A stretch of 64,000 nucleotides of DNA, from assembly GCA_964016885.1 (NCBI GenBank), contig CAXHJY010001753.1, positions 8,820 to 72,819 on the forward strand. Direction: 5' to 3'. Within the stretch, counting starts at the first letter, position 1; every line of letters begins with the position of its first letter. Below, piece by piece: positions 37,860 through 52,348 of this stretch. Position numbers and translations under genes: made by a program. Origin of the DNA: Eledone cirrhosa. Taxonomy: Eukaryota. The notes under the pieces were generated by a model. That model saw nothing but the letters and a program-made list of their open reading frames with translations, ran no database searches and was not told the origin of the DNA.

Positions 37860-40280
37860 AACTAATACATTAGTTAATGTGAATAACAATAGTTTAAATG
37901 TGAATAATAGTAGAACACCTATAAATAATGGTTTCTTATATAGTCACAAGGCCAGTAATTTGGGGGGAGGGGAAAGTCGATTAAATCGACCCCAGTGCGT
38001 GACTGGTACTTTATTTTATCGACCCCATAAGGACGAAGGGCAAACTTAACCTCGGCGGGATTTGAGCTCAGATCATAAAGAGCCGTAACTCTATACTGCA
38101 AAGCATGGCGTCCGACCCTTTACCGATACTGCCAATCCACCGCCCTCAGACACCTAGAAATAATAATTGTTTCTACTTTAGGCACAAGGCCAGCAATCAC
38201 CCAGTGCATTACTGGTACTTTATTTTATCTACCCCATAAGGATGAAAGGCAAAGTCAACCTCGGCGGAATTTGAACTCAGATCGTAAAGGGACGTAACTA
38301 TGCTGGAAAGCATGGCGTCCGACCCTCTACCGATACTGCCAATCCAATGATAATTGTTTCTACTTTTGGCACAAGGCCAGCTAGAAATAATAATGATAAC
38401 ACGAATAGTTTAGGTTGTAGGAGTAACATTGAATTGAATTGTAACTGTTGAAGGAAACTGAATGCCCTTTACGAAATAATTGCCTTGACAAGAATCTAGT
38501 GTATAAATGTACCATTAAGACAAATAATAATAATACTTAGAACTACATTGGTGCCACTTGATCGAACTTTGTTTCGCTTTTCCAATCATAAACATTGGTT
38601 TTCTAATCCAGAATTTTCTACGGTCTTGATGGTTCAATTCCAGTATTGGCAGTGATTTATTACAACAAATATCAATATTTATATACCGCAAATAATAACA
38701 TGATAAACTTAAATGTAATGAAGAAGAGGGTGTGGATCGAGATATGGGTATAAGGAGAGGGTGAGTATGAGGAAATGCAAGAAGAAAATAAATAAATACA
38801 TACATACATAAATATTTAAATGCGTAAATAGACGTATTAGGGAAGACAAAAGAAGAGAGAGAGAGATAGAAGAGAGAAGAAAGAAATACTGGCAAAATAA
38901 AAGAAACGGAAATGATGTGTGACCGTTGCTTTCAAATATTTAGTCAAATAGAGGCAACCAATTAAATATGATGAAATTTTTTAATATCTTTTGTATTTGG
39001 TTATGTTTAAGCTAAGTATACTAATATATTATATCAAAGTTAAACAATATAAAACTATTTTTTATAGTAATCAAAACCATAGTTTAATTAAGTAATATAT
39101 TTACTAAATATTTTGTTACAATATTTTAAAACATTTTATCTTTAAAGTAAGTTTATATACCTATTAAAAATGTATAAGGATATTTACTAAAACCCATGCA
39201 TATATCAGTATATATATTTTATATTATGTTAAGAATTATTATCTGAATTATTCTATTTTCATTATTAAATCATTTCAATTCATTGGTTGTCATTTCATTA
39301 TAGGATTAAATTAGTAGGTATATTTACTCTTAAAAGTATTATTATTTCGATTTTACTTCCGTAATTACATCTTATTATATATAGTTTCCTTTTAAGGATT
39401 TTTCGAATATTATTAAACTGTATAAATCATGTTAAATATACATGAACAAGCCATTTGGACAGAAACAAAATTATTTACGAAGAATGTAAACAAAGGAAGA
39501 TAACTCGTTCATCATATGTGAACGTTTAAGATATTTAAGTATTTTGAAAGCCAAAAAATATTTCAAACCGCAAATTCAGAAATATCTAGTTACACAATGA
39601 CCATTCTAAATCCAAACTTAGGATACCGAGTCTCATCATGAGATTAATTTACTATATAAAAACGATATACAATTTTTAAGGTAAGGTTATATATATAATA
39701 ATAATAATATTTCAAGAATTATTAATAGTCAATATTTCTTTCTTCATAGTCAATATATTTTTCGAAATTTGCATAATGCTTGAACGGTTCTTCCAGACAT
39801 ATGTAGACAGCTTCCGCATAATTATTTTATCTTATTAATTAAATTACCATAATTTGTAATTATTAATAGAGTCTCTAAATTAAAAAGATTGCAATTTGGT
39901 AAAATGGAAGCGTTCCGGTAGGAATCAGAATCTTTAATTTACTCCAAGAAATTGAGTATTTAATATTTTTCTCTTTTAAAGACCATATTAATTGTGATAG
40001 TGATGTGGAAATTTTTTTATCTGGATTAGAAAACAAATGTTTATGATTGGAAAAGCGAAACTTAAAGTTCGATGAAGTGGCACCAATGTAGTTATAAGTA
40101 TTATTATTATTGCTCTTAAGGCAAATTTTCTGTAAAGGGCATTCAGATTTCTTTCTACAGTTACAATTCAAATCAATGTTATTTCTATACCCTAAACTAT
40201 TCGTTTTATCATTATTATTTTTCTACTATTATTCGTATTTAAACTATTGTTATTGTTATTCACATTAACTACTGTATTAT
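37860..40280. mobile_element. Inverted pair of Penelope-like GIY-YIG fragments (37860-38620 +, ~39800-40280 -)
   Basis: Both encode NCNC.....CPL...CL...YIGAT...FRFSNHKH. The minus copy is ORF 39875..40171. Confidence 0.75.
37926..38380 (-). mobile_element. Two SINEs plus a tail fragment inserted into a Penelope-like remnant
   Basis: Copies at ~37926-38145 and 38160-38346. The flanks join to match the reverse complement of ~40140-40275. Confidence 0.85.
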
Positions 40281-40299
40281 TATTATTATTATTATTATT

Positions 40300-43200
40300 T
40301 GCATTTATCTTGCTTTATGTTCATACGAGTTATCACCAAGTCACAACCAGTGACCTCAAGAGACAACAAGGTCCGCCATGTTCAAGAAAGAACATACATA
40401 TTCACACATGCATCCTTAGTGTTTAGACTTGTGATGTACTTATATTGACAGGATCTTCCTTAGTATATGGGCAGTTCCCATTACTACTATCTTTTGTATT
40501 TCTCCTATACGCGGGTTTCCTGGGATTTGCGATAAGTAGTCGTTAGACCCCTTAGGTATCATTCCCAGAGCGCCTACAACCACTGGTATTGTTTTAGTTC
40601 TCAATTTCCACATTTTTCCAATTTCTATCTCCAGGTCCTTATACTTGCTCAATTTTTCAAATGTTTTTATAGATACATTCTTGTCTATTGGAACAGACAT
40701 ATCAATTAGCAGGCATACCCTCCTTTGAAAGTCCTTCAATATTATATCAGGTCTATTTGCATCTATTTTTCGGTCTGTTTGGATGCTAAAGTTCCACAAG
40801 ATTGAGATGTGATCTTTTTCAAGTATGGGAGGTGGTTGATGCTCCCACCAATTCTTTTGATGGGGCAGGTCAAAATGCTTACACATTATCCAATGTATGT
40901 ATTGTGCAGCTCTGTCATGCCTGTTTAGGTATTCGGTTGGAGCTATAGGACTGCACATTGAAATTATATGGTCAATGGTCTCTGGTTGTTTTTTGCATAC
41001 ACGGCATAATGGGCTGCACCAATTTTTTTATTATGTTGGCTTGGTAATTTTTTGTTGGCAGACACTGATCTTGTGCGGATATAATCAGTCCTTCATTCTC
41101 CGATTTCAGTCCAGAGGATGCCAACCACTGATGGGTTAAAGTTTTGTCAACATCAGGATTGTTAGCTCGCTCTGGGTATTTTCCATACGGAGGCTTTTCT
41201 TGCCATTTCTTAGCCAGTTTCTGTAGCAGTTCTCTCTTTGCAGTTACTTTTACCTGCTTTGCTTTTTCTGTGTTTTCCATTTCAGCAGTAAATGGGACTT
41301 CTGAAATTTGTAGTCCATTACTGTATCTTTGGGCATCTTTTGTAATGGAATATGATCTTTTGGTGCTTTCGTGTTTCAAAACGAGTTTGATCATCCAATC
41401 ATGTGATTCCCTTAGATATGTGGATAATCCAATTGTTGCAGTTTTCAACGCAATGTCTAACTGGATTAACCCACGTCCTCCTTCTTTCCTAGGGAGATAT
41501 ATTCTATCTATGTCTGCCTTAGGGTGATGTATTCTGTGCATGGTTAAGAATTTTCGGATTTTTGTATCGAGCCTACGGATCTCTGTGCTTGACCAGTTGA
41601 TGACATTGTAACTGTAGGTTACTACTGGTATGGCAAGCGTGTTTATGGCATAGATCCTATTCCTTGCATTCAATTCCGTTCTTAAGATTGCTCTGACTCT
41701 GCGGTAACATTCCTTCCTTATCCTTTCCCTCATTGTCGAGTGCTTGATTCCGTCTCCTTCACAAACACCTAGATATTTGTAAGTTTTTTCTTGATCAAGT
41801 TCTCTTATCACGTTCCCCCGATCAAGATTAATGTCTGAACTCTTCAGCAGCTTTCCTCTGGTGAACGTTGCTTTGGCGCATTTATCTAGTCCAAACTCCA
41901 TTTTAATGTCATCACTGAACTGCTCCACAGTGGATAATAGCCCTTGCAATTGTTCATCATTTTTTTGCAAATAGTTTCAGGTCATCCATGTAGAACAGGT
42001 GATTAATGGTTTTGTCATAGACTCTATATCCATGTTTTGTTTCATTGAGCATTTTACTTAATGGTATAAGTGCGATGCAGAATAAAAGCGGTGATAAAGA
42101 GTCACCCTGAAAAATTCCACAATTAATATTAACTTCTCCAGCTTCCAGTGATTTTGTTTCACTATTCAAAAGGAGTGTCGTTCTCCATGTCTTCATACTG
42201 AATGACAAAAACCTCCTGACAACGGGGGATATTTTGAAAATCTCTAAACATTTTTCAATCCAACTGTGTGGCAAACTATCGAATGCTTTTTTATAATCTA
42301 TCCAAGCAATCGATAGATTTTTGTGTCTATTATGACAATCTTCCATTATCATTTTGTTAACCAAAAGCTGATCCTTACAGCCATATGAGCCTCGTTTACA
42401 CCCTTTCTGCTCAATGGGAAATAGGTCATTTGTTATCAGGTGGTCATATGTGTATTCAGTTAGGACTGATGTTAAAATTTTATACATTGTGGTCAAGCAG
42501 GTTATCGGTCTGTAATTTTTGGGATTGTTTGTCTCATCATTCTTCGGTAGCAGGAATGTAATGCCGTTAACTAGCCATGATGGTATCTTTTCTGGCTCCT
42601 TAACTATTTCATTGTAAAGTTGGGCTAACAGCTCATGAGACTCTGCGAAGGCATTTATCCAAAAGTTTTGTATTTTGTCTTTTCCTGGGGATTTCCATTT
42701 GCTGGTTTTTCTTAGAGCCAAGCGCAACTGTTCAACTGTTATATTTTCCCATGTTTGTTCTTCAAGGTGAGCTGTTTCTTTCATTTGTCTGTCTATCCAT
42801 GGGGCATGTATGTTATGAACTTTTTCTTCGGCCCAGATCTTTTCCCAGAATTCTTGCACTTCCTCCTTGGGTGGTATTGATTTAGCAGTTATTGTTGACT
42901 TACCAATTTTTCTGTAGAAGTTTCTTTGGTTGTTTTTGAACATATTAGTGTCCTTATAGAATCTAGATCGTTTTTCAAAGCGCCTTATACGAGCAGCTTT
43001 GGCCGACACTTTTTGCTTGATTATTTCTATCAGCATGTCTATGTCACATGTTGATCTTATACTGTACTTTTTTTTCAATTTTCTAAGTTTAGTTTGTTTA
43101 ACATGTTCACCTACTTTATAGTTTGTTAAAATTTCTATGTCAGATCGGAGAAGGTTTATTTGGCGATTGATGTTATCTTGCCAAGTAGATTTCTTGTGGG

Positions 43201-44270
43201 AATTCCTTTGTTTTTTCATCTTCACTCCACATAAGTGAGTGGTGACTTTAGCCGATGCATAATAGAGATGATTTAAGTCAGTAATGTTTAGTTTGTTTGT
43301 GATGATAATGTTTTTGAGAATTATGTTAGTCTTGTGTATTATCTTTTGGTTCTGTTTGGAGTTCTGGATCTTAGGGAGGGTGTCTCGTTGCCCCATGTCA
43401 GATTCTTTCATTTTCATCCATTCGATCATAATTTCATCCTTCAAGTTGGCAAGTTCATTCTCATTCATTTCTTTATCATTTACGATCTCATTATTTTCAT
43501 TTGGAGTTTCATCCTGAGCATGCACTCCCTCTACTTTTTCGCTCCTTTCTTTAATTTGTTCTGTTGCCAGTGATTCCGCCCCAACCCTGGGATTCGAAGT
43601 GTTACAGTTTACCTCGTTTTCACTGACACATGCTTCATTTTCCCTTCGCTGACTTTGTGCTACTAGCTTGATCTGATCAATTTCTATATCAGTTAGTAAC
43701 TTTTTTCTTACAATATTTCTTCGTATACTGGCTAGTTTGTTACTGTCAATATAGCCTCTGTTTTCGGGATGTTTCTTTTTCCAGTTGATATATGTTTGTT
43801 CTGTATTCGATGTATTTGATGGGTAGTACATGGCAGTGTAGAAAGCCTCAAGGACTTCTTTATTATCTTCCCTTGACCATTTTTCTCTCTTTTTCTTTGG
43901 ATTTCTTGGTGGTGAGCATGGAGGGCCAACAGTAGGAGTATTCCGGTTATGGGAGGTCTCCAGCTCCGAAGTGATGGGAAGGTTTGAACCATTAGCTGAT
44001 TTTTCGACCCCAGTCTGGTTCCTCTCTGAGGGACGCGGCCCTTTTTTACCCGGGTGACGGCCGATCCGGTATGAGATTTTATCATTAGACATTTACTTTA
44101 TTTTGTCGCGTTTTATCCTTATCCGCTAAGGGGTAATCATTTCGTGTTACCACTTCTAGAACGAGTGTCAACCAAGACTAGAGGGGTCGTTCTCCCCTAG
44201 AGACATGGCTATTCCCCGCCGGCCGCCATCCCGGTATTTCTTGGTCACGGGGTTTTCTTTTTGTTGTTTT
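40300..44270 (-). mobile_element. R4/Dong-clade non-LTR retrotransposon, near full length, single ORF 44092-40440 with two frameshifts
   Basis: RT (NYRPITCL, WIDYKKAFDS, GIFQGDSLSP, HLFYMDD), CCHC (CRVC..ETIDHIISMC) and RLE (RHD, RPDII, LIDM, KLSKY). The 3' end abuts a (TAA)n tract. Confidence 0.92.
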
Positions 44271-45210
44271 TTTAAATTGTTATTTTCATGAGTGGTTCCT
44301 TAATGTGAGCATTGCGTGGCTTAAGAAAGAAATTATTAATAATTGTCTCCACTCCAGGCACAAGGCCAGCAATCACCCAGTGCATTACAATAATATAATA
44401 TACTTTTTGTTGTAGTTGGCTGTTATTGTTGTTGGCTATGTCGGTGGTGGTGCCGGGGCTTTTTATATTGTTGGTGAGGAAGGGGTGAGCCAGCAGTCCC
44501 ATAATTGTTGATGTAGACGTTTGGCCGGTGGCAAGGTCACCAAGTCAATCTATTTATATCTTTTGCTAGCCTCTCTCTTGTCTAGTGATACCGCCACCTT
44601 CCCTTTTCTCTCTCAAGTTAACAGGGGAATAGTGTCGGTAGCATTGAATGAGTGGTGGCGGCGATGATGGATGCGGTGGGGTGGTGGCAGCGGTGGTGTT
44701 GTGGTTACTGATATAGTATCTATGAGTTTGTGTTCGTATGTTTAATATATATTTTTATTATATTTTGCGTTGACATATTCCCGTAAAATTTGAATTAAAC
44801 ATTTTTTAAAATTTGAGACAATAATAATAGTAATTATTATTATGATGCTGGTGAAATTGCCGTTTTCTGTCTGTTATATTTAGTGTGATGGGATAGGTAG
44901 TGTATCAAGTTTCTGGTGTTGGTGAAATTGAAATTGCTGCTATTTGGCTGTTCTATATAGTGTAGACAGAGGGTGTTTTGTTCCATTTATAACCATTTTC
45001 TTTTTTTTGAATACAAAATATATAATACAAAATTGAATATTTGAGCGATACAACAATATAATATGGATCCGAAACTTTATGGGACCTCATTCGGTGCATT
45101 TATGCAACCTTTGTGCTAAGAATTGTTCTTTCACAATTGATATAAATATGTTAAAAATCAAAAACTTACGGGACCAATTTCGTGACGTTCTATCACCTCG
45201 TGCGTCTTCT

Positions 45211-45213
<3 letters not shown>

Positions 45214-45287
<74 letters not shown>
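45214..45287. repeat. (TTA)n microsatellite at the 3' end of the second R4/Dong element
   Basis: Seen directly. Confidence 0.95.
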
Positions 45288-45299
45288 GTTGTTGTTAAT

Positions 45300-48200
45300 A
45301 TTCTTTGAGTCTGAGTCATTGATGTTAGTTAACTGGAAAGTTTGTTGAAAAGAATATCAAGCCATTACCTGCAGCCTCAGATATTCAGGACGTATCGGAG
45401 AGTTCTTGCTGTTCCCAGCAAGCATGCCTTTTGAAGTGTTCCAAAAAGGGAGCGGGGCCAATTTTCTTTATCCATCCCTGGAAACCTTTTGAGATAGTAA
45501 CTAGTGCGCCTATGACAATCGGGACCACTTTGACTTCATGGCAGTTCCAAATCCTTTTTACCTCTCACTTTAAGTCCTGGTATCGGTTAATTGTCTCCCT
45601 CTCCTTCTCTTGCAATATCGTGTCGAATGGGCAGGCCACATCCACAATCAGGCACGATCTTTTTCCTTGTCCAAAACCAGCAGGTTAGGTCTATTGTGTT
45701 CCAGTTTCTTGTCCGTCTGTATCCTAAAATCCCACAGCACCTTCACCTGATCGTTTTCTATCACCGACTCTGGCTTATGCTCATACCACTTCTCAGAATG
45801 TGGTAAATTGTTTACTTTGCATAGGTGCCAGTGGATCACCCTGCCCATCACATCATGTCTCCAGCCTTTAGAGTGAGTCTGGGCTAGGTGTTTACACTCG
45901 GATACAATGTGAGCCACAGTCTCCTCTCTCTCTCTCTCCACAGATCCTGCATAGTGGGCTAGCCTCCTCCTTGTAAATATGGTGTTTCAGCCACTTCGTT
46001 TTGAGGGCCTGCTCTTGGGCACCCATTAGCATTCCTTCTGTAGCCTTTTGAAGGTCTCCTCTTCTCAACCAGTTCCATGTCTGTGGATCTCTCAATTCCG
46101 TTTTCTCAAAGAAGGTACTATGAAGGGATTTTTCTTGGAGGTTGCTCTTTCTCCACGTTGTTATTTCCTCCTTGGACATCCCCTGGTTTATTGTCCTCTC
46201 CTTCAGTACAATTCTGAGCATTGGCTCCTTACTATCGGTCACGTATTTGTGTAGGTTGTTTTTCTCCATCTGAACACAGTCCTCTATGCTGATAAGACCT
46301 CTTCCACCTTCAGACCTCCTTAAGTAGAGTCTATCGACATCACTCCTCTTGTGGAACATGTTGTAGATAGTCAATAGCTTCCTAGTCTTCCTATCCATTT
46401 CTTTTTGTTCAGCAACATTCCATCTCAGAATTCCCGCACTCTACCTAATAATAGACACAGCTCGGGAATTTACTGCACTTATGGCATTCCTACTGTTCAG
46501 ATGTGACTTTAATACGCTCCTTACTCTCCGAATGTACTCAGATCTTATCAATTCCTTCATTCTTTTGTTCTTGATGTCATCAGCCTCCAGAATACCCAAA
46601 TACTTGTATCCTTCTTCAGTGTAAATTTCCTTTATCATCTCACCTGTTGGTACCTGGATTCCGTTGTTTCTGCTCAATTTACTTCTCTTCTTCACAAGGA
46701 CTCCACACTTATTAATACCAAATTGCATACATATATAATTGCTGAAAATACGGACAGTGTCAACAAGCACATCCAACTCCTTCTCACTCTTCCCGAAGAG
46801 CTTAAGATCGTCCATGAAGAGGAGGTGATTGATGGTAAGCTCTCCCTTTCCCAACTTGTATCCTGCTCTCACTTTTCGCAGTATAATGGTCAGGGGCATC
46901 AGGGCAAGGACAAACAACAGAGGGGACAGACTATCTCCCTGGAAGATACCTCTCTTGATCTTCACGCCTCCCAAGGATTATCCAGCTGATGTTAACTCTG
47001 TTTTCCAGGGCTTCATACTTTTCCTCAACAACTGTCTGATGTTATCTGCCACCTTGAAGATATCTAGGCTTTTGGTGATCCAAGAATGAGGCACCATGTC
47101 AAATGCCTTTTTGTAGTCTATCCATCCCATGGCAAGACCAGTGTGTCTCTTCTTGCAATTCCTCATTACCATCTAATCAATAAGTAACTGGTCCTTTGTA
47201 TCACGTGACTGCTTTCGGCATCCTTTCTGTTCGTCCGGTAACAAGTTGTTTGTGTGGAGGTGATGGTAGATTTCATCAGACACAATGCTTGTCAACAGTT
47301 TCCACATTACAGACAGACATGTGATAGGTCTATAGTTGGTAACATCATTACCCTTGATTCGGTCTTTCATTACCAGAACTGGTACCTTCTGTCAACCACT
47401 CTGGTAGCTCTCCTGACATCAAGCAGTCTTTGAACATGGTTGTCAGTTTCGGGTGGAGGGATATTACATTTTTAATCCAATACCCCTGCACACTATCTGG
47501 ACCTGGTGATTTCCAGTTGGCTAGTTTTTTCGCCTGCTCCTTGATAGTTTCAACTGTGATACTCAAATCAATTTGTTGGTGTGCTTGTTCACTAATCTCC
47601 TTTTGTACTGTTTCAATGCACACTGCCTGGTCATTATGTTTAACATCCTGCTCCCATATTCCTCTCCAGAATGTCTTAGTTTGTTCCGCCTCAGGGATCA
47701 AGTCGTTGCCCCTTTCTTTCCCTTCAAGTTGTCCAAACAACATCTTCTGGTTGTTGTCAAACATGCGGTTCTGTCTCTACTGACTGACTCTGCTCTCGTA
47801 TCGCCTAATTTTTGCACTCTTTGCTATAATGCGTTGCTTCAGTTCCTCTATGATAATATTTAGCCTTTTCCTCCTAGTTTTGTACTTTATTTTCAGTCTA
47901 TTTTCAGTGTCTATGTTTTTTCGTGTCCCATTCAGTAGGGACTCAAGCTTTCCAATGTCATTTCTCATTTCCCTGATTTGACCATTCAGTCGTTTCTTCC
48001 ACCAAGGTTCTGATATTTCTTGTTTGTTGTTTCCTCTCGCTTTTATGCCAAGTAATTTCCTCACCGCATTTGCTGTTGCTTTGAGGATCTTGTTGCACTG
48101 GTGAAGGCTCCTCGCCTCAGGGTATTGGATGACTTTGTTTACCTTAGCTGTTGTTTCTTTTAACTGTTTCCTGTCTACAAATCTTAGGTTCAGAGGTTTC

Positions 48201-48900
48201 CCACTATCATTGTTCATTTCATCTACCACTAAGTTTAGGATATCAACCAAATCTTGTCCTAGCCCGTCAGCATTCATCTCCTCAATGGCTGTATCTTTGT
48301 TCCAGGTATTATTTATTTCAGCATTCAGATCATTGTCTGCTTCGGATGTTTCCTCCGTTCTCTCAACCTCTTCACCCTTCATTTCCCACTGGCTCGTTTG
48401 CCTGGCATACTCCACTCTCCATTTCCAACCTAATCTCTCTACTCAGTTCCTCCAGTTCCAGCTCGCTTATCATGCCATTAGTTCTTATTACCCGAGTCTG
48501 CCCGGCCAATTTTTGTTCATCTAATTTAAATAGAGCAATCTCGTTCCAGATGTTATGCATCCGTTTCCTATAGCCTTTCTCCTTGGGATTACTCTTCAGG
48601 TAACATTGCATAACAGTTCTATTCAATTCTTTCGTCCAGTTTGTTCTGGTCCCTTTCCTTCTTCTTCTTCCTCCGACACCAGCACTATTTGGTTGACAGC
48701 CAGGTCCCTGCTGCTGAGCCAGGGAGCACCTGATGGGTGAGAGTCTGTCACATGACATTCTAGTCTCCACTTCACCGTTATTCGAACTGTTTAGGTTCGA
48801 CATTTAAACACTCTTATCGAGGATTGGTGAATGTATGGTTACATAACCACCGGTGATTTCATCACTCCCGGTGATTTTTGTGTGGCACTATCACGCTGTA
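45300..48900 (-). mobile_element. R4/Dong-clade element, second family, degraded
   Basis: NYRPITCL, GWIDYKKAFD, GIFQGDSLSP, HLLFMDD, ETVAHIVSEC, WRHD, NRPNLL. Several stops and frameshifts. Confidence 0.9.
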
Positions 48901-49599
48901 GACGAACATAAATAAACAAACAAACAAATAGGTAAACCCCCCCCCCCCCCAAAAAAAAAAATAAGCATAAGTTTCATAGTAATGTAATGTTTGAATGTCT
49001 GACTTTGTTTTTTTTTGCTTGTCTGTCTGTTTGTTTTTCTTTTCATTTTCCTTTTCTTTACGTTTTTCGTTGCTGCTGTGCTGTTTCGATCTTGACTTTT
49101 GATTTTTTGAGTTTTTGACCGGGTCATCAAATCAGTCTATTTATATCTTTTGATGCCTTCCTCATTTAGCGGGGACACTACGATGCCTGTCTTAGCAGGA
49201 GGTAGTGGTAGAGAACAGCGGCGGTAGCGATAATGAGGCAGTGGTGGTGATGTGCTAGTTGTACTTAGAAGGAAGAAGTGGGAGAGAATAGCGGCGGTAG
49301 CGATAATGAGGCAGTGGTGGTGGTGATGTGATCGTAGTACTGTAGTTGAAGTTGAAGTAGAAATAGAAGTTGAGATAACTTGACTAGAGTTTTTGGCGTG
49401 GGAGTGGTGATGGTGGCGGTGGTGTTGTTGGTGGTGAAATTATTTGCCTGTCTGACCACTTAGCCATTTTCTCTTTTTCGACTATAACATTCCTGATCCA
49501 AAATTAAATATTAAATATTGAGGCCCTATGCCTTCCAAAGATAAATATCAATAATAAAATAGCAACACTTATAAAAAAACACTAACCTAGCCATCACAG

Positions 49600-51860
49600 A
49601 CTTACTATATATAAATAAAACCACTATTATCACAAATTTAAATAATATAATATATGCAGCAGCCACTGTTGTTACAAAAAAAAGTGAGTTCCCTCTTGGA
49701 GCTATAGAAGCAAGAAAAACAAAAAGTGGAGATCAAAGATACAAAAAAAAAATAGAAAATAAAAGAAAAGACGTCTCAATCTTAAATGAAATAGGAAAAA
49801 ACAACAAAGCTAAAAAACGGGGAAAGAAATGGAAATATAAAAAAAATGTAAAAGGAAATCCCAAACACTAAGGAAAGCTTTAAACAAAAAATACTGGCAA
49901 AGGCACGAAGAATCCGGAGATATGAAAAGCGGCAACAGTTTTTTTCAAAAAAATCAGCTGTTTCACTCCAACCCAAAACGACTCTACCAGGAACTTAATA
50001 GAAACAAATTAGAAGTTAATGTAGCTCCACAAGTAAAATAAGCGGAGTTCTGGAAAAGAATATGGGTAGAAGGAGAAAAAAAATTACATGCACAAACTTA
50101 GCAAAAACAACAAACACAGCAGACGAACATCCATGGGAAGATATTACAGCAGATGATGTGTCTATCACATTGAAAGGGGCAAGCAACTGCAAGGTACCAG
50201 GACATGTCAAGTTCCCCCAAAATAATGACACAGCAAACCCCAAAATTTACAGACCCATAACATTCTTGCCTACTACATACAAAATCTTAACTTCAATACT
50301 ATCACTGAAAGTAATCAAACACCTGGAAAAAACAACCTGTTCCCAGAAGAATAGAAAGGATGCTGCAGAGGCTCATAGGGCTGCAAAAAAAAAACAGTTA
50401 TTAAAAAAGAACCCGGCTCCCAGAAGAACAGAAAACTGAAAAAAAACCCCCAAAGACTCCTCAGTATGGCTTGGATTGATTGCCAAAAAGTGTTTGACAG
50501 TGTTCCCCATGCATGGATACTCAACACACTAGCCACGAATAAAATATCACGATGAATAGCAAATAAGAGAACTAGACCAAACTCAGACATACAAACACTT
50601 AGGAATCAACGAACTAGTTAAGATTCAACATACACAGATGAAAGAAAAGATTAGAAAAGAATACTAGAGAAGAATTAGGTTAATACTAAAAACTGAACTA
50701 AATGCAAAGAATAATTTGATTAGTATCAGCACTTTAGTAATCCCAGTAACGAGCTACAGCTTTAATAATCTGAATTGGACATTAAAAGAACTAGCTGGAA
50801 TAGATAGAAAAACAAGAAAAATGATGAGCCTATTTAGAATACACCATCCAAATTCAGACGTAGAAAGTTTATACCTACCAAGAATACAAGGGAAGAGGGG
50901 CCTAATGCAAAGAGGGTTTGCATATGGCCTCTTATGAAATAAGGGCTCTTATAAAGTAACTACTGTGGGACTACAAAAATACCTAATAAAAAACAAAGAA
51001 AAGCTAGTACAAATAGCCACAAAACATAAACAAGACAAAAACTATTCTCCATCTTCACGGGAGCCAGAAACTGAGGAGACAATTGCGAGGTAAAGGAAAA
51101 CAAAGGAAAAACAATTGAAATTGTGAAAGACATAATTTAAATTGAAAACTGACATCCAGAATGCCATGTTAAAACGACGACAAGAGAATTCCTACATGGC
51201 CAAAAGCTAAATATAAAGGAAGTAGACAAAGAAAACACACAAAACTGACTCCGAAGCACTGGAGTAAAAGCTGAGACCGAAGGATTTCTAATTGCAGTGC
51301 AGGACCAGAGTCTACCCATCACTTCCAGAAATACATAATGAAACAAAGCACAATAAGTAAGTGTAAAATATGTGGAGATAGGGAAGAAACAATCAACCAC
51401 GTAGTCTCTGAATGCCCAGCTTTAGCCAAAAAAAAAATATATCCACAGGCATGATAGAGTTGGGACCTTCATATACTGGAAGTTATTCCAGTATTATGAA
51501 ATACCAACAGAAGAAAGATGGTACAAACACACACCAGAAATAATGTCAGAGTATACAAAGCAGCCATTCTCTGGGATATATACAGACAGAGATCAAAACC
51601 AACCGACTAGATATTATAGTCAAAGCAACAAAGAACAAAAAAGTGCCTTCTAATAGATGTATCAATCCCCACAGACGACAATATATCTTCCAAGGAAATA
51701 GAGAAACTCTCCAAATATAGAAATCTACAGATATAAATAACTCGAATGTGGAAAATGAAAAGAGAAATAATACCTATAAGAATAGGTGCTCTAGGAATGT
51801 TAAAAAAACACACAGACAGATACATAGCCAAAACCAAAGGACTTACAAATAAATCCTCGC
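49600..51860 (+). mobile_element. R4/Dong-clade element, third copy, heavily degraded with internal deletions
   Basis: NPKIYRPITFL, WIDCQKVFDSVPH, IDRKTRKMM..HHPNSDVE.LYLPR, MWKMKREIIPIRIGALG. Confidence 0.8.
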
Positions 51861-51942
51861 ATAAACACAAACTCAGACACATACACAAACACACATATAT
51901 ATATATATATGTTCAAACATACACATACATACATATATACAT

Positions 51943-51981
<39 letters not shown>

Positions 51982-52063
51982 CGGCAAAATATTGATGTAA
52001 TTCAATATTTTATCGACAACTCAACGTGCGTTTTCCACATAGGAGTGACGGAGTATTATTGAT

Positions 52064-52147
52064 AAGGCCGTGATACATATTTCGATGACGACAGTGACCA
52101 TGTGATCCTGCGTAGTATCCAATGCCATGATCTAATCAGACAGCTTT
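52064..52147 (-). ncRNA. Degenerate type I HHR (G8 to U)
   Basis: AAAGCTGT-CTGATTA-GAT..ATC-GAAA-TATGTA-TC-ACGGCCTT. Confidence 0.55.
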
Positions 52148-52232
52148 TTACATGATAAAGTTACAATCAAGGAGGTAATACAAAATTAAAGTGACAAGGG
52201 AACGGACAAACAGCGATGTTCATGAAGCGAAT

Positions 52233-52348
<116 letters not shown>

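Noticed and set aside
44093-44270. Possible HDV-like ribozyme in the R4 5' UTR
   Set aside because: GC-rich hairpins are present but I could not assign the nested double pseudoknot by eye.
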